From: an uncultured bacterium
Lineage (GTDB): Bacteria > Omnitrophota > Omnitrophia > Omnitrophales > Abzuiibacteriaceae
Reading direction: 5' to 3'
NCBI GenBank assembly: GCA_964387845.1
Contig: CAYLXA010000001.1
Coordinates: 192,001-256,000, forward strand
DNA length: 64,000 nt
Shown: one piece after another, positions 40,077 to 48,296 of the stretch
How the letters are laid out: the number at the start of each line of letters is the position of its first letter
Position numbering within the stretch: the stretch's first letter is position 1
Made by a program: the position numbers and the translations under genes
Notes under the pieces: model-generated
The model's database searches: none
What the model was told of the DNA's origin: nothing
Seen by the model: the letters and a program-made list of their open reading frames with translations, nothing else

Positions 40077-41023
40077 TTCCGCACCTCTACATTCGGAATT
40101 TTCAGCACAAAGTCTGATTTGATTTGAACAAATCCGCGTAAACCCGGCACAAGACCCATCGGCGGATTGGTAAGCCGGACAAGAATTCGTGAGACATATT
40201 TTGTCCGGTAGATTTTCACGATTGTTTCTTCAACCTTAGCGTCTTTTTCGGAGATTTCGCCGTCGAAATTCCCCCGCACTGAATTAAACGTTACTCTAGC
40301 CCTGTCACCTACTTTTACATGGTTCAACTTCTCTTCTGTGATAAATGCCTCAAAATAGAACTCCTTGGGATTGAACAAAATACCAAGTTTTTCTCCTTGT
40401 TTGAAATAGCTCCCGATCCTCGGCTCAAGTTCACCTAGAAATATCCCGTCAAACGGCGCTTTAATTAGGAGCGATTCTTTGCGAAGTTGAAGCAGGTTTA
40501 AATACAGTGTTGATTGTTCAACGGCCTTAGCTTTCGCATTAAGTTTATCCTTAGCGGTATTTGCTTTGAATTCTTCATTATCAAGGTCAAGTTTTGAAAT
40601 AACTCCGTTTTCATACAAGACTCGCGCACTTTCTACGCGTTGACCCGCCAAGGCACTTTCCTTCTCCATTAGTTTTAACTCGTTTTCTTCAATTTCCTTC
40701 TTTTGAAGCAAATTCACAATTTCCAATTCAAGGTCTGGATTTTCGAATTCAAAAAGGATGTCATTGATATGGACCTCCTGCGCATTTCGAATATAGGCCT
40801 TCTTCAAAACACCTTCAGTCATGAGCTGAATATCGAGTTCCTGAGCGGATTTAGCCTTTCCTTCAATTGGGGACAGCATGGCGGGAACAATCTGAAATGC
40901 GAAATGCGCTGATAAAAGCAAGGCGAAAACCATTAATATTATTTTTATTTTTTTAAAAAGGTTCACCTTCTTTAATGGTTTATTTTTTTCTGATTCATCC
41001 AAAAGATTAGGTTCTTGTGTCAT
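40073..41023 (-). CDS. HlyD-family membrane-fusion/periplasmic adaptor protein
   Basis: N-terminal TM, lipoyl-like hairpin, coiled coil, and the LIKAPFDGIF signature. The ATG at 41023 sits behind an AAGGAT RBS; the track start at 41152 is upstream inside the GT2 gene. Confidence 0.65.
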   Translation of the reverse strand: MTQEPNLLDESEKNKPLKKVNLFKKIKIILMVFALLLSAHFAFQIVPAMLSPIEGKAKSAQELDIQLMTEGVLKKAYIRNAQEVHINDILFEFENPDLELEIVNLLQKKEIEENELKLMEKESALAGQRVESARVLYENGVISKLDLDNEEFKANTAKDKLNAKAKAVEQSTLYLNLLQLRKESLLIKAPFDGIFLGELEPRIGSYFKQGEKLGILFNPKEFYFEAFITEEKLNHVKVGDRARVTFNSVRGNFDGEISEKDAKVEETIVKIYRTKYVSRILVRLTNPPMGLVPGLRGFVQIKSDFVLKIPNVEVRN

Positions 41024-42570
41024 ATAGTATTTATCCTTTTTCTGTGCATAGTTTTTGCTGAGTAATAAACAAGCGGAATAGAGAACAAAAGTGATGTGAA
41101 AATGGGGACTGCTGCCATATGGGGAAACGGTGTTCCTTGTGCTAGGTACCAAATACCCGTCAGTCCAATCACGGTCCCGGGCAACAACGCATCAATAGTT
41201 TCTGTCCACGTGATTTGCTCAAACGGATTTTTCTTCATGGGCTGCCAAATAAGCTTTTTAAGGGGGAGCGTCAGTATGTCAAATGCGGTGTAAACAAAAT
41301 TGCCCGCATAGATGAGCGTTGCAACAGTAATCTCATAGAGGAAGCGCTTAATATCATCAAATGTACGGATAAGGACTGCCTTGTGAAAGTAATTCACGAA
41401 AAGACTAAAGATCAAGATTCCGCAAAGCATCTCATTGGCCGGTTGCCCCAGGCATACGGTATTAACTTTAAATGAAATCAATTCACCGAATAGATAACTT
41501 TGCGATAAGAGGCCCAAGAGAAGCCAAAAGAGAAAAACCGGCTGCATGACGTAGCAGTAAATACCGTAAAAAGTCAAAAAACGGATAATAGGGCTGATGG
41601 ACTTCCTATATATAAGCGGAATCCCCTGCAAAGTGCCCTGCGCCCACCTAGATTCCCTGCGTCTTGATTCCAAATAATTAGAAGGCGTTTCATCATATGT
41701 CGTCACATCTGAAATAAACGCCACCCTTAATCCCAACTCATCGAGCAAGGCGGTGTCCCAGTTGTCATGTGAGAGCAGTCCTTTTGGCAGTTGAATTCTC
41801 TTAAACTGCTTTGCTCGTACGAGATGCTGATGGCCGAAAGAGATGGACTTCCTAAAGAGCGAAAAAAGAGTCGTGAAGTAAAGTCTCTGGCTTGATTCCG
41901 ACGCCAATCCTTCAAATTTGGCATAGTAAGTCTTAGCGTGCGCGGTTTTAATCAGCGTTTGAAATATGGCGATGTCCTCATTCTCCGGGTGTTGAGCCTT
42001 CCTCAGTAACTTGAGTACCGTTCTTGGAGGCACCATTGAATCGGCATCGCAGACATACAAATATTCATACACCGGATGACTGGATAGAAATTCGCTTAAA
42101 TTGCCTTGTTTCCGCTCAAAAGGTTCAGGCCGCCTTCTGTAAAACACTTTACGCCCAAGCGTTGCTTCGAGTTTTACTTGAAGTTGAAATTCTGATGGTT
42201 CATAGGCCGCGTCTGAATCACTCAGTATCCAAAAATCAACCCCGGGAAGCTGATTGTTCCTAAATGAATAAAGCATTCTTTCAAAGAGGCCGTCTTTCTC
42301 ATTTCGAATAAAATAGCAAAGCGCCGTTTTCGGAAAACGATTCACATACACTTCTTTCAGATGATGAGGCGGCGCAAACAAAAACATCAAAGCTAGGAGA
42401 AAAAGATAGATGACGTTAAGGAACAGGAAACCGAATCCGGCGATCCATCCGATTAAAATCAGACTCGACTGATATGCCGTAATCTGGTCCAAGACTAAAA
42501 ATACCGCGAGAGCATCCAGCCCGGCCAGCAACGCGATAAACCAATATTCCCGCAACCGCTTTTGTGTCAT
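41020..42570 (-). CDS. Polytopic family-2 glycosyltransferase, OpgH/MdoH-like processive beta-glycan synthase
   Basis: DSD and CDADS (DxD) motifs, RRRESRWAQG (Q/RxxRW processivity motif), and TM bundles at both ends; 516 aa. Confidence 0.7.
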   Translation of the reverse strand: MTQKRLREYWFIALLAGLDALAVFLVLDQITAYQSSLILIGWIAGFGFLFLNVIYLFLLALMFLFAPPHHLKEVYVNRFPKTALCYFIRNEKDGLFERMLYSFRNNQLPGVDFWILSDSDAAYEPSEFQLQVKLEATLGRKVFYRRRPEPFERKQGNLSEFLSSHPVYEYLYVCDADSMVPPRTVLKLLRKAQHPENEDIAIFQTLIKTAHAKTYYAKFEGLASESSQRLYFTTLFSLFRKSISFGHQHLVRAKQFKRIQLPKGLLSHDNWDTALLDELGLRVAFISDVTTYDETPSNYLESRRRESRWAQGTLQGIPLIYRKSISPIIRFLTFYGIYCYVMQPVFLFWLLLGLLSQSYLFGELISFKVNTVCLGQPANEMLCGILIFSLFVNYFHKAVLIRTFDDIKRFLYEITVATLIYAGNFVYTAFDILTLPLKKLIWQPMKKNPFEQITWTETIDALLPGTVIGLTGIWYLAQGTPFPHMAAVPIFTSLLFSIPLVYYSAKTMHRKRINTI

Positions 42571-43814
42571 GAAAGCATACCTCGCTTGAGCGCTTCCAGT
42601 TTCGCCTCGAGAATGCGGAAATTCGCAACACCTTGAATGAAATAAATCCGCGACTTTAAATAATCCTGATAAGCTTCAAAAACCTGAAGACGAGAGGCTT
42701 CGTTAACAATCATTTTCGTTTTTTCATTCTCATAGACCTCTTTCTTTTCCCGTTCAGCGGCTTTGTCTGCCTGAATCTTCTTCCTCGCAACTTCTAATTG
42801 AACCGACATGGCCTTGATCTGCCGTTCAAACTGTTTTATCTCAATCTCACCCTGCAGTTCCGCTTCCTCAACTTCCAGTCTTTTAGCTTGCACGAGATCC
42901 CGTGTCCGTCCAAAGTCCCAAATGTTCCACACGCCTTCAACGCCGAATTCGTAACGGTTCTGGTCCAGAAAGGAATCCTTGGCAACCTTGTACCGGTTTA
43001 GAACTGAAATCTGTGGATAAAGCGAAGAGCGCTCCCTCTTTTCTTCCAATCGCTTTTCTTGGGCGCGCAGCTTCACTTCCTGATAAATGGGATTTTCAGA
43101 ATATTGACTCAAGTCCGGTTTGAACCGTTTAAGATCTTGGAGGGGTTCAAGATCAATGCGAAAATCATCGGGCAGTTTCAAGAGATCTCGCAATAGGTCA
43201 ACCCCGTAATCCATCGTTTTCTTATGACTGACGAGCTCATACTGCGCAGATTTGTATAACGCTTCTGCGCGGTAAACTTCACGTTTTGTAATGAGCTCTT
43301 TTTCATGAAGCGCTTTAAAAGAGCGGTAAATCCTCTCTGACTCTTTCAGCCATTCTTGAGCAAGCAGAGTCATTTCCTTTTCCGTTATTGTTTGAATGAA
43401 AAGCGTCCTGACCTCAAACTGAACGCGCTCACGCTCATTTGAAATCTCGAGCTTCACCTGCTCTTTCTTAACAGAATGAATTTGCGCTTCGCTCCGTGCT
43501 TTCCATCCGTCAAATACCGGAAACACGATTTCGTTGGTCCAAAATAAAACGCCGGAATCCTTCTGCGTGACGGCTGCGCCGTAAGCGCTCGTTCTTACAT
43601 AAGGCCAGCAGAACTTCTTGGCATGTTTCAGCAGCGCTTGTTCCTTTTCAAGGCGGATTTGAAGCAGACGGATGCCCTCGTTGTCATTGAGCACCCGTTC
43701 AAAAGCTTCGTCCAACGTTAAGAGCTTTCCCGCTGGAAGGCCTTCTTCCGGAAACGCGGATGCCGCGTTTCCAAGAAGAAGCATGATGAGTAAACCTGCC
43801 CGCAACAATCTCAT
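42567..43814 (-). CDS. TolC-like outer-membrane factor
   Basis: Signal peptide, then two halves of long helical/coiled-coil repeats typical of the outer-membrane-efflux-protein (OEP) family; 415 aa. Confidence 0.55.
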   Translation of the reverse strand: MRLLRAGLLIMLLLGNAASAFPEEGLPAGKLLTLDEAFERVLNDNEGIRLLQIRLEKEQALLKHAKKFCWPYVRTSAYGAAVTQKDSGVLFWTNEIVFPVFDGWKARSEAQIHSVKKEQVKLEISNERERVQFEVRTLFIQTITEKEMTLLAQEWLKESERIYRSFKALHEKELITKREVYRAEALYKSAQYELVSHKKTMDYGVDLLRDLLKLPDDFRIDLEPLQDLKRFKPDLSQYSENPIYQEVKLRAQEKRLEEKRERSSLYPQISVLNRYKVAKDSFLDQNRYEFGVEGVWNIWDFGRTRDLVQAKRLEVEEAELQGEIEIKQFERQIKAMSVQLEVARKKIQADKAAEREKKEVYENEKTKMIVNEASRLQVFEAYQDYLKSRIYFIQGVANFRILEAKLEALKRGMLS

Positions 43815-43819
43815 CCTGT

Positions 43820-44065
43820 TTAGTCCGCCTTCCCGCTGCCCGTCTCGTCCATCAGCCGCTCAATGCCCTGCTTGAATTCGGCCAGCTTCGTCACGGCGAT
43901 AAACAATCCCTTTCCCGTGGCTTCTTTTGAGCCGTCTTCATGTATGTGATAGACCTGAATGTCCGCATAGGGCTTTCCCTTGTAATCCTTCACCGCAAAC
44001 TGCACTTCTTCGTATTTTGATTTTTCGAAGCTGTGCACCTTTCTCTTGTCGTAATATCTGCTCAT
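43820..44065 (-). CDS. PC4/YdbC-like ssDNA-binding protein (paralog 1)
   Basis: 81 aa; ...QVYHIHEDGSKEATGKGLFIAVTKLAEFKQGIERL parallels the 55142-55369 paralog (..RVFFADAVTGEARPTKKGVTINCALIGELIEGLRRA). Confidence 0.45.
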   Translation of the reverse strand: MSRYYDKRKVHSFEKSKYEEVQFAVKDYKGKPYADIQVYHIHEDGSKEATGKGLFIAVTKLAEFKQGIERLMDETGSGKAD

Positions 44066-44083
44066 GCTTGTTCTCCTTTTTCA

Positions 44084-44980
44084 TTAAATCCCGTCCAGCA
44101 AAATCACCTGAATCGGGGTAAACCCGTCAACCGTGACGGATGTCTCGACTTTTACGTTCCGTAAATCCTGCCGGGCCTGGCCCGTTAAATTCTGGGCAAG
44201 GTTCATTCTGAGATTATCTTCCAATGAATAGGGGTCTCTGCTCACACCGCCTGCAAACAGACTCACCCCCGCAAGCGCTGTTTCGCCCACCGCTTTCAGA
44301 ATCCTCATGTCCGTCTGCTTGCTTACGCGCCCTTTGATGCCCGCTGAACCGTCCTCTGAAAGGGCAATCGCTCGAATCCGCCTTTCACTGCCGTCAGGCA
44401 TAATCAAAAGTTCAAAACGTACGTTGATGCGGTTGAGACTTTTTAAGACACCCGCTTCACCTAGAAACTTGGAATCCTTGGGGATAACAACTTTTCCTTC
44501 TGCTTCAAAATCTTTTGTAATAACCGCGGTTACAGGCGCCGCGACATTGAATGAAAAGATCGTATCCTTCACGAAGGCGGGAATCTTCGTGCCGGATGGA
44601 ATATTAAATTTCTGAAGCGTGGTTGATTGCGTGCCGTAAACGCTTTGGCTTCTTTTTTCCTCTTCCTTAAAAAGAAAGACATCGATATCCGTGTTGTAGT
44701 TTCTTGCTTTCCTGACCGGCCTTGCGCCGGAGAGTGCGGATGGTTTACCGTTTGATGCCTTAGGCGGCCCCGCAAAATCCGATTGGCCAAATATCTTCCT
44801 GCCGGCAGTCTCAGAATTCTTCGTGGGTTCCCCCTTATCCGTGCGCCTTTTCTGCTTGGCGCTTTGAGAATAGAAGAGAACAAGAATCATGAGCACAAGC
44901 AGTAAGACCAGCAAGACCCTGTGCTTCTTCGCCGCGCGCAACAATGTTAAGAGAGATGTCGATTTTCTAAATTCAGTCAT
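44084..44980 (-). CDS. trbI: T4SS VirB10/TrbI-family protein
   Basis: N-terminal TM, Pro/Ser-rich linker, and C-terminal IPSGTKIPAFV...VTAVITKDFEAEGKVVIPKDSKFLGEAG...RINVRFELLIMPDGSERRIRAIALSEDGSAGIKGRV matching the TrbI beta-barrel pattern. Confidence 0.65.
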   Translation of the reverse strand: MTEFRKSTSLLTLLRAAKKHRVLLVLLLVLMILVLFYSQSAKQKRRTDKGEPTKNSETAGRKIFGQSDFAGPPKASNGKPSALSGARPVRKARNYNTDIDVFLFKEEEKRSQSVYGTQSTTLQKFNIPSGTKIPAFVKDTIFSFNVAAPVTAVITKDFEAEGKVVIPKDSKFLGEAGVLKSLNRINVRFELLIMPDGSERRIRAIALSEDGSAGIKGRVSKQTDMRILKAVGETALAGVSLFAGGVSRDPYSLEDNLRMNLAQNLTGQARQDLRNVKVETSVTVDGFTPIQVILLDGI

Positions 44981-44990
44981 AATTATTTCC

Positions 44991-46007
44991 TCAATCTAGC
45001 CAGCGAAAGCCTTCGATCCGTAAGTTGCGCTCTCCCTCATCTTCAAACAGGAGGACTACCGGCTTTTCGCCTTTCTTCAAGGATCGTCTGTCAAATTGAA
45101 TGATGCCGTACTGATAAGAATCCGGAGCTACGCTTTTTTCACTCTTAAGATCAGACGGCAGTTCGACCAAGCCTTCTTTGACTTTGCGCAGACCCAAAGA
45201 TTTTTTCTCATAAGTCTGAAGCCCTACGACCATTTCCCTGATTTTGTAATCTGTTTTCGATAAATTACGAATACTGAACCTAAGATACGCTTTCTCGCCA
45301 ATCGTGGAGATGGTTAATAGGTTGAGCCTCACACCGCCCTCCTCTGCGTAATCTTTCAGCTGAACCGCTTCATTTCCTTTTTTGATTTCCTCTTTCAATT
45401 TTTCTTCGGACAAGTCCTCGGCTTTCGCATCAAGCGCTTCTTCCTTCTGTTTAAACTTTTCTTTTATAGCCGTTTCGGTTTCGTTAACCCGCTTTTCAAA
45501 TGCGTTGTCTACGATCATGTCCTCATCCGGATACCTGAAATCAATTACGAAATCAGCTGTTTCGGGTTTCCCGACCGTAACATCAAAAGTAAGCCGCGAG
45601 GATTGCGTCATGATAGTCAGATTTGTCCGCGCATCAGGATCATCCGTGACCGGTTTTATAATGACTTCCTTCTCAAAAACGCCGACTTTGAAGAGTTCCT
45701 GATCTCCGATAAACACCTTGAGCGCGGGCTCTGGCAGATCGATTGTGGAAGCATAACCGAGAGCTGTTTGGAGTTTGTAAACCACGTTCGGCCTCATGCT
45801 TGCGGAGTAAATCCTCTTCTCGCTAACGGAATTCCTATTGATCCGTTTTCTTTCGGCTACAGCGTCCTGCGGCACCTGGTCTGGGTTGGCGACGCTAAGC
45901 TCTGCTTGCTCTACGCTATTTAAATCCTTCCCAAATTCCTCTGCGCAATAGCCATCGTGCGCAAGTGCAATTAAAATTACTGCGATTAAAGTAAAGCATT
46001 TCATCAT
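44991..46007 (-). CDS. T4SS VirB9/TrbG-like secreted protein
   Basis: Signal peptide; 338 aa and beta-rich; position between the VirB8-like and VirB10-like genes. Confidence 0.5.
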   Translation of the reverse strand: MMKCFTLIAVILIALAHDGYCAEEFGKDLNSVEQAELSVANPDQVPQDAVAERKRINRNSVSEKRIYSASMRPNVVYKLQTALGYASTIDLPEPALKVFIGDQELFKVGVFEKEVIIKPVTDDPDARTNLTIMTQSSRLTFDVTVGKPETADFVIDFRYPDEDMIVDNAFEKRVNETETAIKEKFKQKEEALDAKAEDLSEEKLKEEIKKGNEAVQLKDYAEEGGVRLNLLTISTIGEKAYLRFSIRNLSKTDYKIREMVVGLQTYEKKSLGLRKVKEGLVELPSDLKSEKSVAPDSYQYGIIQFDRRSLKKGEKPVVLLFEDEGERNLRIEGFRWLD

Positions 46008-46663
46008 GATTTCTGTTCATCCTTTCTTGACAAATCATTGAGAATCAACTCTTTGTAACCATCCACAAGAAGACCTTCGGGCGTGTTTGAACTTCGGGAG
46101 ACTTTCTTTAAAACGATATCTGCGCGGAATAAGATTTCCTCCCGGAAGGACGGTTCGTCATATCTCGAGATTCGCCTGACACCAAGGAGCGAAACAACCG
46201 CGGCATCGGGTGCATCACGCTCGATTTTCGTTTCTTTAAATTCAAGTTGGGTGTCAATTTGAGCGGTCTTCAGTTTTTCAACCAAGCCCGAATCAATAAG
46301 TGATTTTCTAGCCTCATGTTGAAGCCTCGTGGTCATTAAATTGAAGGCTTCCGCGAGGTCTTTTGTGACTGTGTACGAATTAAAGCCCGTATATCTGAGC
46401 GTAAACCGTTTTGATAGGGCAATGATTTCATGGTGCGTGGGCTCGTTATGTTTTGGCAGGTCTCGAATTACTTGTGCGCCCTCAACTTCTGAAACTCTGA
46501 TGACTACCGGAGGTTTCATGCCTAATATGACGGAACCCGCAAAGGCAAGCAGCACGATGAAGGCAAGTATAAGGTTGGCTTTCCTTAAGAATTGAATTTC
46601 CATTTCGAGGTCGCCAAAAGCTTCAAAGTAGCGGCGTTTGACCTTTGCAATGATTTCGCTCAT
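46004..46663 (-). CDS. T4SS VirB8/TrbF-like bitopic protein
   Basis: Cytoplasmic N-terminus, single TM (ILAFIVLLAFAGSVILG), and a ~150-aa periplasmic domain; synteny. Confidence 0.5.
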   Translation of the reverse strand: MSEIIAKVKRRYFEAFGDLEMEIQFLRKANLILAFIVLLAFAGSVILGMKPPVVIRVSEVEGAQVIRDLPKHNEPTHHEIIALSKRFTLRYTGFNSYTVTKDLAEAFNLMTTRLQHEARKSLIDSGLVEKLKTAQIDTQLEFKETKIERDAPDAAVVSLLGVRRISRYDEPSFREEILFRADIVLKKVSRSSNTPEGLLVDGYKELILNDLSRKDEQKS

Positions 46664-47505
46664 GAATTTCCTCCTGAGTAATTCGTCTGCCCTCTGCGGC
46701 TAGGAGTGAACCGGACAGCCGGAATGTGCCGCACGATTCTTTCCATGATTCTTCCGCCGATGCCGAACACTCGTCCGCCCGCCTGCGTGAAACCTTCTGC
46801 GCCCCGGATCATCATCAAAGAAATCATGGGCACAAAGAAAAGTATGATCAAAATGATGATGACGTTCATCGCAAACAAATCAAGATTGAGCGTTTGGGTA
46901 TTGGTGTAAAACTCGAAGAAATTAAGTTCGAAGAGAATACGGACAAAAAGAGACAACACGACGTTCCAATTCAACACTTCAAAGAGCCAGCGTACCCATA
47001 TCCGTGCCATGCCGGGCTGGAAAATACCGACACCCAAGAAGACAGGCCCTGAGATATAAAGCGCTGAAAGGAAAACGATCCTCACCCATCCAAATCCCCG
47101 AAGAATTGCGTAGGATATGTTGTAAGTTCCCTGCATCATCAAATCGAGAAAAGTCATCTTAAGAAGCGCAAGCATTCCCAGGTCATGATTTTGACGATAA
47201 GCCGTGAAAATCTTCTGTATCTGGTCTTTAAATTCTTCAGCCGGCATGAAGAAATTGGCAAGCAAATCCATTCCTCTTGAAACTTCTTCAAAGAAGGGCG
47301 TATAAATTGAATAAAGGCCGGTGATGAGCAGGACTCGGACGAAAAGTCCCGCGTAGTCGCTCCGCCCCTCCATTCCGTGCAAAAATTCTTTAATCAAGGC
47401 GAGTGTTAGAAACACGAAGATAAAACTGTAGCCGACTTCCCGAACCTCATGATAGAAGGCCGCGAAAATAGTGATGATTTCTTGGGTGGTGGGAAGTGAA
47501 CTCAT
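46660..47505 (-). CDS. T4SS VirB6/TrbL-like polytopic membrane protein
   Basis: 281 aa with at least five TM helices; synteny between the VirB5-like and VirB8-like genes. Confidence 0.5.
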   Translation of the reverse strand: MSSLPTTQEIITIFAAFYHEVREVGYSFIFVFLTLALIKEFLHGMEGRSDYAGLFVRVLLITGLYSIYTPFFEEVSRGMDLLANFFMPAEEFKDQIQKIFTAYRQNHDLGMLALLKMTFLDLMMQGTYNISYAILRGFGWVRIVFLSALYISGPVFLGVGIFQPGMARIWVRWLFEVLNWNVVLSLFVRILFELNFFEFYTNTQTLNLDLFAMNVIIILIILFFVPMISLMMIRGAEGFTQAGGRVFGIGGRIMERIVRHIPAVRFTPSRRGQTNYSGGNS

Positions 47506-48296
47506 CAGCCCGGCCTTCCCAAACTTTCAATACCAAGCTGCATCTCGCGCATATATTTAAGACGCTCCCGCTCGAAGCGCTTTTCATCGCGCGACACTTG
47601 CTCTAATTTGGTTGCTTCAACCTCAAGCAACTTGGCGAATATTTCCTGATTCTCTTGCGTAACGACAATCAATTTTCCGGAGGCATCCGCTGAAAGTCTT
47701 GCCGCCCCTTTTGGACTTGCCGTCTGCGATAATTCTTGAATGGTCTCGCCCGCTTGCTTTGTTTCATCTGAGCGCTTTCTAATTTCATGCGCCATTAAGT
47801 AAGCTTCGCCCACCTGCGATTCATCAAATGTGATATAGGGACGCTCCACAGATTGAGGGTCCATTCCATGAATGGTTTCAATATAGGACTTGATGCCTGA
47901 CGGGTCGCCGTAACCTTCAAGTATGGTCCCCAAATTTCGGATGGCGTCTTGTTCAACGGACGGTTCGAATCCAGCAAGGAATCCATCCCGAAATGTCGAC
48001 TGTGAATCTCTGAAGGCCCGCGCCGCATCCTGGACAAAACTTCTCACGAATTCTTCGATGCCAGCGTTAAAGCGCATCATTTCCTGATACGTGTTTTCAA
48101 GTTCCGTAAGCTGATCGAATAATACGATAATTTCCTGTGCAAACTGATTTTCCATCAAGGAATTGCGAAGTTCATTCAGCGCGGCATTGACAAAATCAAT
48201 CACAGGCAGATCCGCCTTCGCTGTGCCGGGGCAGACGGCTAGGCTTGCTGCTAAGTAAAGCGAGATGACCGTCAACCTTAATTTTGGTGATTTCAT
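47505..48296 (-). CDS. T4SS VirB5/TrbJ-like secreted coiled-coil protein
   Basis: Signal peptide, helical region; 263 aa; synteny after VirB4. Confidence 0.45.
   Translation of the reverse strand: MKSPKLRLTVISLYLAASLAVCPGTAKADLPVIDFVNAALNELRNSLMENQFAQEIIVLFDQLTELENTYQEMMRFNAGIEEFVRSFVQDAARAFRDSQSTFRDGFLAGFEPSVEQDAIRNLGTILEGYGDPSGIKSYIETIHGMDPQSVERPYITFDESQVGEAYLMAHEIRKRSDETKQAGETIQELSQTASPKGAARLSADASGKLIVVTQENQEIFAKLLEVEATKLEQVSRDEKRFERERLKYMREMQLGIESLGRPG

Noticed and set aside
43100-43125. ccggtttgaaccg resembling the att core (ccggatttgaaccg) as a possible second att copy
   Set aside because: Only ~12 nt are similar, it lies inside the TolC-like ORF, and the rest of the 45-nt att is absent.
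40073-43814. HlyD-like plus TolC-like as a type I secretion system
   Set aside because: No ABC transporter is present in the operon. The partners are a GT2 synthase and a nucleotidyltransferase, so a glycan-export or structural role is more likely than classic T1SS.
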